A stretch of DNA of 38,040 nt from a virus: UHGV virus genome UHGV-0192593. One strand, 5' to 3'. Each line of letters begins with the position of its first letter. The first letter of the stretch is position 1. The translations under genes were made by a program, and so were the position numbers. Under the pieces are notes generated by a model that saw only the letters and a program-made list of their open reading frames with translations, was not told the DNA's origin and searched no databases. This document shows positions 27,027-35,346 of this stretch, piece after piece.

Positions 27027-27391
27027 GAGAGATCAAACCATTTCAATTCTCCTTGATAAAATTCTACATTTCGAATTTCCTCATATTCAACGAGAGTAGA
27101 ATCAACGTAAATTCCTATTTCATTATGCCCAGAAAGGCGGCCTACAATGTCCGGCATGAATTTGTCATTCTGTGTATAGTTAAGCTGGACAGCAATCTTT
27201 TTATTCTTCAAAAGAGCCTCTTGTAAAAATTCTCCAATCTCTTCAATTTCCATTTCTGGTTTAGGCGGATAAGTGTAAGCTCGTTCCTCTTCAACTTTAT
27301 TTACACTTGTTGTATGTTCCGATAAAAAGAATCCTATCCATTTTAATTTTTTCCGGTCCTCGTAAGGTTTAATCATTCCCATAATTATCAC
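27023..27391 (-). CDS. YolD-like protein.
   Basis: KLKWIGFFLSEH and KPEMEIEEIGEFLQEAL closely parallel B. subtilis SPbeta YolD (NIKWTSMMLPEH, KPELDEQQIEEMNQVLMEAL). Confidence 0.6.
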   Translation of the reverse strand: MIIMGMIKPYEDRKKLKWIGFFLSEHTTSVNKVEEERAYTYPPKPEMEIEEIGEFLQEALLKNKKIAVQLNYTQNDKFMPDIVGRLSGHNEIGIYVDSTLVEYEEIRNVEFYQGELKWFDLS

Positions 27392-27484
27392 TCCTCACGG
27401 AAATTATACGAACGCTTGTTCGATTTGTAAAGCGAACAGATCTTTAAATTGTAACGTGAGAACGAGTAGAAAAGATGAGAATTT

Positions 27485-27508
27485 CTGGTGATAGTTTCGG
27501 TGATAGCG
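27485..27508. repeat. Direct repeat copy 1 (CTGGTGATAGTTTCGGTGATAGCG), candidate integrase arm site P.
   Basis: Contains two GGTGATAG half-repeats. Matches 27749-27772 at 21 of 24 positions. Confidence 0.5.
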
Positions 27509-27748
27509 AAAAGAAAATATCGAAATGATAGAAAAGAAAAATTAGAGGGGAAACGTTGATATAATGGTATTTTTAAAATAGAGAAATACTAGAAAAAGGG
27601 TAGAATGTATAAGAAAAACATGTTCGCATTGCTTGGCAAACCAGGCTTTGAAGAGCTTGCAAAAGAATTGAACGAACGTCTATAAATCAATACTTCTACC
27701 ACTTCTATAAATTTGTGGTGAACGAAACATGTTCGCTTTAGTTCGTAA

Positions 27749-27772
27749 CTGGTGATAGTTTTGGTGATAGTG
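27749..27772. repeat. Direct repeat copy 2 (CTGGTGATAGTTTTGGTGATAGTG), candidate integrase arm site P'.
   Basis: Same GGTGATAG-N3-GGTGATAG architecture as copy 1, located 264 bp downstream. Confidence 0.5.
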
Positions 27773-27781
27773 ACAGATTAA

Positions 27782-27800
27782 AAGCACTCATTGCGAGTGC
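27782..27800 (-). terminator. Hairpin spanning the int stop codon.
   Basis: AGCACTC-attgc-GAGTGCT, followed by TTTTAAT on the minus strand. Confidence 0.35.
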
Positions 27801-29011
27801 TTTTTTCTTTCGCTTTCGATGTAGTTTTCGAACTGTTCCATAGACCTTTTTTTAACCTCTGGTGAAATATGGGCATAGATTTGAGTTGTTGAAATATCCT
27901 TGTGACCAAGAAAGTCTTTGATATCTTCTAAGGACAGACCAGCTTGCCGAGACCTGACTGCAAATGTATGCCTGCCATCGTGAACTCTAATTTTCGGCAA
28001 ATTAGCTTTTTCAGCAATCCGATTAAATGCACCATTCACTGATCGATCACGGACGATTTTCCCTTTGTATCTCTTACTGGTTTGTAAGAAGATAAATTGT
28101 TCTCCATCTTCAGTGGAAGGGAAGGTACCAAAGATGTTTAAGATATGATTTCTGAAGGCAAGCAGGGCTTGTTTACTTCTTTTGGTCATTGGCATGCTTC
28201 TGACTCCTGCCGGTGTTTTCGGATCGTCTGTAATAATTGCATTGACGTTTTCGCCTTTTTCAATTGCTCCTAAACGTTCTCTTTCAATGCTTATCATATT
28301 TCCTCCAAAGTCAATATCTTGCCACTGTAGGCCCATTACTTCTGATTTTCTCAATCCTTGATCGAATATTAACAGGAAGAAAGGGTACCATAAGACCTCA
28401 GATTCCTTTTTTGCGAAATCCAGAAACCTATCTGCTTGCTGCAAATCGTAGTATCTGACAGATTCCTTTTTCTCAATCATTCTTGGAAATTCAACAAATT
28501 GAGTAGGATTCTCTTTTATATATCCTAATTGAATTGCTTTTTTAAAAGCATTGCTGAGAGTAGCATTTACGCTTTTGGCAGTAGTGATGGACAACCCTTG
28601 ACCACTTCGACCTAGTCCTTTCTTATTTAGCAGCATATTAATGAACTTCTGATGATTGGCTCGTGTGTATTTGTTTAAAGAATATTTTCCAATATAGGGA
28701 ATTATATACATCCTTATGTTGGCTCTATGAACTACTCTTGTACCTTCTTTGACCGCTTGTTTATAATTAGTTACCCAATCCTCAAGAAATTCTTCTATTG
28801 TTAAGTTCCGAGGATTTTCTTTGAAATATTCATCGGATGCTATTTTTCCTTCAATTATTTTTGCATAACTATTTGCTTCATCAAATGAATTGAATCCTTT
28901 TTTGTGTATCTTGTTTTGTTTTCCTGTTCCGGGATTGATTCCATTAGAAATGAAAACTTCATATCTATATTGTTTTGCTTTCTTCAGATAGTATTTTTTT
29001 ATAGAAGCCAT
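27788..29011 (-). CDS. int: Tyrosine site-specific integrase.
   Basis: C-terminal catalytic signature HDGRHTF...LGHKDISTTQIYAH. The ATG at 29011 overlaps the stop of the upstream small ORF (TGATG). Confidence 0.85.
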   Translation of the reverse strand: MASIKKYYLKKAKQYRYEVFISNGINPGTGKQNKIHKKGFNSFDEANSYAKIIEGKIASDEYFKENPRNLTIEEFLEDWVTNYKQAVKEGTRVVHRANIRMYIIPYIGKYSLNKYTRANHQKFINMLLNKKGLGRSGQGLSITTAKSVNATLSNAFKKAIQLGYIKENPTQFVEFPRMIEKKESVRYYDLQQADRFLDFAKKESEVLWYPFFLLIFDQGLRKSEVMGLQWQDIDFGGNMISIERERLGAIEKGENVNAIITDDPKTPAGVRSMPMTKRSKQALLAFRNHILNIFGTFPSTEDGEQFIFLQTSKRYKGKIVRDRSVNGAFNRIAEKANLPKIRVHDGRHTFAVRSRQAGLSLEDIKDFLGHKDISTTQIYAHISPEVKKRSMEQFENYIESERKKHSQ

Positions 29012-29298
29012 CAATCATCATTCCTTAATATGGATTCTGGTAGTTCAATCATCTTTGGTTTATACCAACCTTTTTCATACAACTTATCAAGACCTAATTG
29101 TTTTTCTTCATAAGTGAAGGCAGGTACTTTTCTGACTTTTCCCGTTTCTAAATCATGTTTTATTCGCAATTGATCCTGTAATATTTCTTGATATTCCTCC
29201 TCGCTGTAATCAGGATTTGTCAAAACAGGGAATATTCCGACGGTTGGAACATCTTTCTTTAATCTCTCTCTCAATTTGTATGGATTCATAAAAATCAA
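29011..29298 (-). CDS. Hypothetical 95-aa protein, translationally coupled upstream of int.
   Basis: Its stop TGA overlaps the int ATG. No recognisable motif. Confidence 0.45.
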   Translation of the reverse strand: MIFMNPYKLRERLKKDVPTVGIFPVLTNPDYSEEEYQEILQDQLRIKHDLETGKVRKVPAFTYEEKQLGLDKLYEKGWYKPKMIELPESILRNDD

Positions 29299-29442
29299 CC
29301 TTTCGTAATTTTAGTAATTAAAATCAATATTTGAGTGAATCAGCACGAATATTATCAAAAATATGACGTTTTTTCGTATTTATTTATAATCAAAACGAAT
29401 GTATGTTCGTTTTGATCTTAAAAAGAAAAGCCCGAAGGCTAA

Positions 29443-29784
29443 TCAAAAAGCGGGTATGAATGTTTTCAAGAACATTCCTGCGTCCTTTGAAACTTGAAAC
29501 CCAATAACGATTTTTTGACCATTATCTTTATCAGTTAGGTAAAGCAATCCGCTTGAATGTTTCGAATTAGGAATGATGTCTAGATCAACCTTATTTAAAG
29601 TATAAATCTTGCCTTTTTCTTCAATGAATTGAACTTCTCCAGGATTCATTTGTATAAGCCTTTTCGAGCTTTGAGTCAGTTTAACCTTACCTCTACTATC
29701 AGATTGAATGCTTAGCATTACAGATTGCGTAGCTTTTTGCATTGCAGTAGGAGCGTTTTTATTTTTTTTACTAAAGAGTCCCAT
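29443..29784 (-). CDS. Hypothetical 113-aa protein, possibly PH-like. Candidate superinfection-exclusion factor.
   Basis: ORF in the int-repressor cargo slot. Beta-rich pattern (KIYTLNKVDLDII...LLYLTDKDNGQKIVIGF). The function is speculative. Confidence 0.4.
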   Translation of the reverse strand: MGLFSKKNKNAPTAMQKATQSVMLSIQSDSRGKVKLTQSSKRLIQMNPGEVQFIEEKGKIYTLNKVDLDIIPNSKHSSGLLYLTDKDNGQKIVIGFQVSKDAGMFLKTFIPAF

Positions 29785-29793
29785 ATCATCCTC

Positions 29794-30861
29794 CTACAAG
29801 AATTTTTTCGTTACATTTATAATATCATCTGAATAGTTGTAAATATCTATAGGTGAGTCAATTTCAAATACTGTTTTTTCTTCATTGTTGAGTTCAATTT
29901 TACTAGTCGTACTTCCAATTCTCACACGTAATATCCATTTTCTAATGTTGTCATCTAGCAAAATGTTAAAGTAACTTTTGTTATCTCTATAAAACAGACG
30001 GTCTAGAGATATCAAATCTTTTAGAACGATTTTAACTATAGTATATGATTCCAATTCTTCTTGTGTGGTAACAATTTCTCCACCATCTTTAATTATGATT
30101 TCTTCATCATTGTCTTCGATAATAACTTCATCTGGTGTTGTAGAAGTTTTTAACGCAGCATTAAGTTTGTCGTTAACTTTCTCTTGGATATATTGATTTA
30201 AACCTTTCTTGATAATAGGTTGAAATCTATCCACGGTTTGTTTTGTTTTCATTCCATCGTATATTTCACCTAATAAATATTTAACGAAGTCATCACTAGG
30301 GTTTTCCCATTCTTTATCAAGATAAGTCTTTAGATTGCTTAAGTATTTAAGTTCTGATGCACTACTTATAATTTTATCTATGTCGAAGTTATCTTTATGG
30401 AATTTAACTAATTCAGGTATTTGAGAATCTTTAATTTTCGTTATATCAATGGAAAGAAAAGGGGTTAGATCCATTTTATTTGGTTCGTCTAGATCAGTAA
30501 AAAATTTATATTCTTTTCCGTTTGTTAGAATTCCAAATTTTGATTCGGTTGTACCAAAGTAGCGGAACAGCTGAGAATCATGTTTTGTTAATACTTCATT
30601 AATAGATTTTGCTTCGACAAGTATCATAGGTTTTCCATCTAATACTACTGCGTAATCAACTTTTTCACCTTTTTTTATACCTACATCAGCTGTAAACTCA
30701 GGTACAAACTCTGTAGGATTAAATATGTCATATCCTAAACTAGCAAAGAAAGGCATAATTAGAGATGTTTTTGTAGCTTCTTCAGTAGCAATATTATCTT
30801 TTAGGTTCGTAACTCTTTTACCCAAATTTTTCAAATCATCTTTAAACTTTTCTAATTCCAA
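29794..30861 (-). CDS. Standalone PD-(D/E)XK nuclease with a type I restriction HsdR N-terminal-like domain.
   Basis: EEATKTSLIMPFFASLGY...VDYAVVLDGKPMILVEAK matches the HSDR_N-type D...E-x-K core. The C-terminal 200 aa is acidic and of unknown function. AT-rich. Confidence 0.55.
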   Translation of the reverse strand: MELEKFKDDLKNLGKRVTNLKDNIATEEATKTSLIMPFFASLGYDIFNPTEFVPEFTADVGIKKGEKVDYAVVLDGKPMILVEAKSINEVLTKHDSQLFRYFGTTESKFGILTNGKEYKFFTDLDEPNKMDLTPFLSIDITKIKDSQIPELVKFHKDNFDIDKIISSASELKYLSNLKTYLDKEWENPSDDFVKYLLGEIYDGMKTKQTVDRFQPIIKKGLNQYIQEKVNDKLNAALKTSTTPDEVIIEDNDEEIIIKDGGEIVTTQEELESYTIVKIVLKDLISLDRLFYRDNKSYFNILLDDNIRKWILRVRIGSTTSKIELNNEEKTVFEIDSPIDIYNYSDDIINVTKKFL

Positions 30862-30872
30862 CGAAACCCCTC

Positions 30873-31346
30873 CTAAAAATTATTAAATGATTTTAAAACT
30901 GCTACAGTCCCATTCTGTTGAAACAGGAGAGTGTAGTTGTTTTCTGTTTTAATGCCTGAAAACCTTCTTGAATAATATTTGACAGCATCTTTGAAAGTAT
31001 CTTCAGTAATTTGTAGATGTAGTGCACATTCTAAAGTTGAACGACATCCTTCTTCAAAACATTCAATTATATCTTGTGGTGAAACAACTAATATTGATCC
31101 AATATCTCTTGCTCGACGTTCTTGTTTTCGTTTTTCGTTTGTATCTTGTAACACGATGTTCCCGTAAGAAGTAAGGTAATGTCCTAATTCTTCTGCTAAG
31201 GTACTGTTCAACTCATATTTTTCCTGATTAGGATTTAAATAGATAGTTTCGTTAATCAGTAATCCTTTTTGACCAATCGGCATACCATGCTCTGTCTTAT
31301 ATGTAAGTTCAGGAAACATTATCATCAACTCTTCTGATAACTGCAA
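30873..31346 (-). CDS. immA: ImmA/IrrE-family zinc metallopeptidase (anti-repressor protease).
   Basis: HEXXH motif (EELGHYLTSYGN). Lies directly downstream of, and co-oriented with, the XRE repressor, as in ImmR-ImmA pairs. TTG or internal ATG start. Confidence 0.65.
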   Translation of the reverse strand: MQLSEELMIMFPELTYKTEHGMPIGQKGLLINETIYLNPNQEKYELNSTLAEELGHYLTSYGNIVLQDTNEKRKQERRARDIGSILVVSPQDIIECFEEGCRSTLECALHLQITEDTFKDAVKYYSRRFSGIKTENNYTLLFQQNGTVAVLKSFNNF

Positions 31347-31354
31347 CTAATCAC

Positions 31355-31684
31355 CTACTTTTTATGATCTCTATTTTTAACGAATTCTATGAAATTTAAT
31401 ATTTCATTCATCTGTTCTTCCGACACATCATCATCAATATGCGCAGCAATAGTATCGATTTTATTTGAAGGTTTATTAGGTAGCTTTTCATCATCAATTC
31501 CTAACAAATAGTCTACAGAAGTTCCAAAGAGGGCTGCGATTTTAGCCAAAGCATCAGAATTAGGCTCTGCTCGACCAACTTCCCAACTGCCGATTGTTTG
31601 CTGAGAAACATTCAGTTTCTTTGCTAAGTCTGATTGTGTCCATTTTCTGCTTGCTCTTAATTCTTTTAATCGACTTTTAAACAT
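31355..31684 (-). CDS. XRE-family HTH phage repressor (CI-like / ImmR-like).
   Basis: HTH_3 signature (WTQSDLAKKLNVSQQTIGSWEVGR). GGAGGAGGG RBS. Divergent from cro. Confidence 0.8.
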   Translation of the reverse strand: MFKSRLKELRASRKWTQSDLAKKLNVSQQTIGSWEVGRAEPNSDALAKIAALFGTSVDYLLGIDDEKLPNKPSNKIDTIAAHIDDDVSEEQMNEILNFIEFVKNRDHKK

Positions 31685-31832
31685 ATTAACCCTCCTCCAA
31701 TAAAATTATATACTACATACCGTAGTAGAGAAAGCAAATAAATACTTTTACAAAAAAATGTAGTAAAAACGTTTGACATACTACTTTTTGTAGTATAATA
31801 TTACTACATAAGATAGTAATGGGGGTGAAATC
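31685..31832. promoter_or_regulatory. Lysogeny switch region: divergent PL and PR promoters with repeated operators.
   Basis: Two perfect TACTAC-N5-GTAGTA palindromes at 31711-31727 and 31779-31795, plus half-sites at 31760 and 31802. PR: TTGACA at 31773 and TATAAT at 31794. A TATAAT on the minus strand lies just upstream of the repressor RBS. Confidence 0.6.
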
Positions 31833-32060
31833 ATGGAAAACAAACTTGCGGAAATAAGATCAGGTCAATATATGTCACAAGGAAAACTTGCTGAATTACT
31901 AAAAGTATCGCAAAAAACAATTAGTTCATGGGAAATTGGCAGAACTAGTCCAAAGCCTTCTCAAATGCAACATATTGAGGATATTTTCAATACACCAAAA
32001 GAAGAAATTTTTTTTATGGCGTTTAACTACAAAAATGAGTTAGAAGAGGTGGCAAAATGA
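31833..32060 (+). CDS. cro: Cro-like XRE-family HTH regulator.
   Basis: HTH_3 motif (MSQGKLAELLKVSQKTISSWEIGR). Divergent from the repressor. Confidence 0.7.
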   Translation: MENKLAEIRSGQYMSQGKLAELLKVSQKTISSWEIGRTSPKPSQMQHIEDIFNTPKEEIFFMAFNYKNELEEVAK

Positions 32061-32311
32061 AAGACAAACCACAAACAATCAAAGCAAATATCGATTCTGG
32101 ATTCCTAAAACGATACATCGAAATGATTGTTCCAGCAATCAAACGTAAATTTAATATCTCTATCGGTATTGAAGGCGAACTGTTTACAAACACTGGCGGT
32201 GTTGAAGAAATCATTATTCGTTTTTTAGCTACAGATGATGTAGCGCAGGACATATATTCATATATTGATGAAAAATGGCAGTTCGCCTCAACACCAAAGC
32301 TTTTAGCTTAA
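32057..32311 (+). CDS. Hypothetical early protein.
   Basis: ATGA overlap with cro. Confidence 0.45.
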   Translation: MKDKPQTIKANIDSGFLKRYIEMIVPAIKRKFNISIGIEGELFTNTGGVEEIIIRFLATDDVAQDIYSYIDEKWQFASTPKLLA

Positions 32312-32375
32312 ATTAATTTTAAGCAATTATTGACCGTTTGGGCCAATAACAATAACGAATATAAGGAGTGATAAC

Positions 32376-32924
32376 GTGCCGAAAACAGCAAAAATTGGGC
32401 GATCTTTAAAGCTTGCATTATTTCTTTCGAGTAAACGTCAGAAAGAGTTAGCCATCGACGCCAAAACACCAAATGCAACAATCAGCGATCATTTTAACGG
32501 AGCCAATGTTCCCATTGATAAGGCAATCGAGTATCTAGAAGCCATGAAAGAAAATGGGTATCAAGCAACTGATGAATTAACAGGAGACATCAGTTACCAA
32601 TACTTAGGATTTTTCAAATCAATGGATGGCCAACTAGCAGATGTCAAATCAACGAATGATCTAGAAATTTTTCAAGAAATAGAGTCAAACGAGAGGAAAG
32701 AACACAAGAAAGCGGCGCAGATAATTTTAGCTGAGGCACAAGTTCGGATGCTTACTGATGATGAAAAGAGGGAAATTAGGGATTATGCAGACGAATTTCT
32801 TGATGAAATCATCGTTGAAATGGCGATTGTCTTTTCCATTCTTAAAATTTTGAACATTTCAATTCAAACGGCAATCAAAGAGCGTATGCCTCACTGGATT
32901 AGCAAAAGATACATGAAAGGATGA
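32376..32924 (+). CDS. Hypothetical early protein with an N-terminal HTH-like region.
   Basis: AAGGAGTGA RBS with a GTG start. The N-terminus is weakly HTH-like. Confidence 0.45.
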   Translation: MPKTAKIGRSLKLALFLSSKRQKELAIDAKTPNATISDHFNGANVPIDKAIEYLEAMKENGYQATDELTGDISYQYLGFFKSMDGQLADVKSTNDLEIFQEIESNERKEHKKAAQIILAEAQVRMLTDDEKREIRDYADEFLDEIIVEMAIVFSILKILNISIQTAIKERMPHWISKRYMKG

Positions 32925-32930
32925 CAAAGA

Positions 32931-33179
32931 ATGAAAATATCTCAAATGAAGAATGTTGTACCGCTTGAGAGAAAAAAAGAGGTTTCAGAAGTTGAGTGGA
33001 AAAAAGCTAAAGAAATCGCTGATTATCTAGGAATCTCAAGACCTACATTATCTAAACTAACACATCGGAAAGTAGATCCAATTCCTTTTTCAAAACTTAG
33101 CGGGATGCTTCAATATGATCTGCAAAAAGTGAAGGAATGGGAAGAACGCAATCGAACATACAATTACAAGGAGGCATGA
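32931..33179 (+). CDS. Excisionase-family / HTH_17-like DNA-binding protein.
   Basis: Motif AKEIADYLGISRPTLSKL typical of the Xis/MerR-type HTH. Confidence 0.45.
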   Translation: MKISQMKNVVPLERKKEVSEVEWKKAKEIADYLGISRPTLSKLTHRKVDPIPFSKLSGMLQYDLQKVKEWEERNRTYNYKEA

Positions 33180-33182
33180 TTA

Positions 33183-33373
33183 TGAAACGATCAATTAAAG
33201 ATACATTTATCGTCACAGCGCTATTGCTTTTTGTAGTAGCTTTTACAGCAATTCATGTAGTAGCAGGATTAGTTTTAGTATTTTTATGGTCTTTCGCAAA
33301 TATTGTCTATGACATGGCTGCAAAAGATTATCAAGACAAAGAAAAAAGACTTGCTAGCCGACCAAAGCAATAG
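33183..33373 (+). CDS. Small membrane protein.
   Basis: AGGAGG RBS. Two hydrophobic segments (FIVTALLLFVVAF and VVAGLVLVFLWSF). Confidence 0.4.
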
Positions 33374-33434
33374 CAAGTCACAAGAAATTCTTTTGAAAAT
33401 ATCTTTGTCTCCATTTTAAAACAGAAAAGGGGAA

Positions 33435-33533
33435 ATGACAATGAATTCTTTCGAGAACGCATTAGATCAGTATCTAACAACACCGGGTTGGGGACAACCG
33501 ACTCAAAGAGAGGAGCTAGAAAACGATGAGTAA
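33435..33533 (+). CDS. Possible 32-aa micro-ORF.
   Basis: AAAAGGGGA RBS. Overlaps the exonuclease start by 8 nt. Confidence 0.25.
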   Translation: MTMNSFENALDQYLTTPGWGQPTQREELENDE

Positions 33534-34467
33534 ATCAACTCTTGAAATGACTCATGACGAGTGGTTGTTGGATCGCCGAAAAGGCATAGGCGGTTCAGAT
33601 GTTGCCACTATTTTAGGACTGAATAAATGGAAATCACCGTATCAACTTTGGCTAGAAAAAACAGGACAAGTCAATCTTGAACATACAGAAAGCGAGCCAG
33701 CTTATTGGGGAAATGTCCTAGAAGAAATTGTAGCAAAAGAATTTCAAGAACGTACTGGTAAAAAGGTCCGCCGAAGAAATCAAGTGTTTGAACATCCGCT
33801 ACATCCTTTTCTACGAGCGAACATTGATCGGGACGTAGTCGGAGAAAACGCCATTTTGGAATGCAAAACAGCTAACGCATTTCTTGGTAAAGAGTGGGAA
33901 GGCGAAGAAGTTCCTTTAAGTTATTTGTGCCAAGTACAGCACTACATGAACGTATTAAATAAGAAATATTGCTATATCGCTGTTCTAATCGGAGGACAGA
34001 AATTCATCTGGAAGCGAGTTGATCGTGATCAAGAGCTGATTGACATGATTACTGAACGACTGGTGGATTTTTGGGAAACGTATGTTTTGGATGGACAAGA
34101 GCCAGTTATTGATGGCAGCGAAGCCACATCCGAGTTTTTAAAAGAAAAATATTCGGACACTAAGGAAGACGAAACAACGTTACCTGCTTCTTTTGATGAC
34201 TTAATTGATCAAAAGCGTGAGCTGAAGAAAGCAAAGAAAGAGATTGAAACGGCTATCCGTCAGGTTGATAACGAGATTATCAATGAGCTTGGGAAACGCA
34301 AAGCATGCATTGGTATTGCACCAAGGAACATCATTTCATGGAAATTGGTTTCTACGAAACGTATGAACAGCAAAAAGCTTGCTGAAAAATATCCAGAAGT
34401 AGCTAAAGACGAGGAAATCTACAACGTTACTGAATCACGAAGACTCACAGAAAAGGAGATTAAATAA
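33526..34467 (+). CDS. YqaJ-like viral recombination exonuclease (PD-(D/E)XK).
   Basis: GIGGSDVATILGLNKWKSPYQLWLEKTG is a YqaJ N-terminal signature. Paired with the downstream RecT. Confidence 0.75.
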   Translation: MSKSTLEMTHDEWLLDRRKGIGGSDVATILGLNKWKSPYQLWLEKTGQVNLEHTESEPAYWGNVLEEIVAKEFQERTGKKVRRRNQVFEHPLHPFLRANIDRDVVGENAILECKTANAFLGKEWEGEEVPLSYLCQVQHYMNVLNKKYCYIAVLIGGQKFIWKRVDRDQELIDMITERLVDFWETYVLDGQEPVIDGSEATSEFLKEKYSDTKEDETTLPASFDDLIDQKRELKKAKKEIETAIRQVDNEIINELGKRKACIGIAPRNIISWKLVSTKRMNSKKLAEKYPEVAKDEEIYNVTESRRLTEKEIK

Positions 34468-34468
34468 T

Positions 34469-35308
34469 ATGGCCACAAATGATGCATTAAAGAGTCAGCT
34501 CGCTGAGAAACCACAAAAACAAGTTGCTGCTGGTCAGTTAGGGCTTAAAGCATTGATGAATACACCAACAATGAGGAAAAAGTTTGAGGATGTACTCAAA
34601 GATAAATCAGATGGATTTATGGCCAGTGTCCTGAATCTAGTTAGTAATGATTCGTATTTGAGTAGCACAGAGCCTATGACTATCGTAACAAGCGCCATGG
34701 TTGCGGCTTCGCTTGATTTACCAGTTGATAAAAATCTTGGTTACGCATGGATAGTACCTTACAAAGGGAAGGCACAATTTCAACTTGGTTATAAGGGGTA
34801 TATTCAATTAGCTCAGCGATCGGGTCAATACAAAGCACTGAACGTGATTGAAGTGTATGAAGGCGAATTAAAAGGTTGGAATCGATTAACCGAAGAATTT
34901 GAATTTGATCAAAACGGAAAGCAATCGGATGAAGTGATCGGGTATGTGGGATATTTTGAGTTATTAAACGGTTTTAAGAAAACAGTGTATTGGACCAAAC
35001 AAGAAATCGAAGCCCACAAACGGAAATTCAGTAAATCAGATTTTGGCTGGAAAAAAGATTATGACGCTATGGCTAAAAAAACTGTTCTAAGGAATATGTT
35101 GAGTAAATGGGGAATCTTGTCTATCGATATGCAGAGAGCTTCGATCAGCGATGAAACTGTGGTGAATGAAGTCCAAGAAGACGGTTTTATCATATCTGAA
35201 AACGATGAGACTAATCAGCGAAAAGAGGCTGAACCAATTAATGACACAGAAACTAACGAAAACATTGAAAGTCTGTTTGATTCATCAAATCCACCGTTAA
35301 ACAAATAA
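34469..35308 (+). CDS. recT: RecT-family single-strand annealing protein.
   Basis: GYKGYIQLAQRSGQYKALNVIEVYEGE motif region. Lies immediately after the exonuclease. Confidence 0.8.
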   Translation: MATNDALKSQLAEKPQKQVAAGQLGLKALMNTPTMRKKFEDVLKDKSDGFMASVLNLVSNDSYLSSTEPMTIVTSAMVAASLDLPVDKNLGYAWIVPYKGKAQFQLGYKGYIQLAQRSGQYKALNVIEVYEGELKGWNRLTEEFEFDQNGKQSDEVIGYVGYFELLNGFKKTVYWTKQEIEAHKRKFSKSDFGWKKDYDAMAKKTVLRNMLSKWGILSIDMQRASISDETVVNEVQEDGFIISENDETNQRKEAEPINDTETNENIESLFDSSNPPLNK

Positions 35309-35346
35309 TGAGGGAGTTTATCTCCCTCTGATTAGGAGGAATAAAC

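Larger units (their letters stand above)
27392..27787. other. Candidate attP / integrase arm-site region.
   Basis: Non-coding block immediately downstream of int. 24-bp direct repeats at 27485-27508 and 27749-27772. AACATGTTCGC repeats at 27617 and 27726. Palindrome CGAACgcttGTTCG at 27409. Confidence 0.45.
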
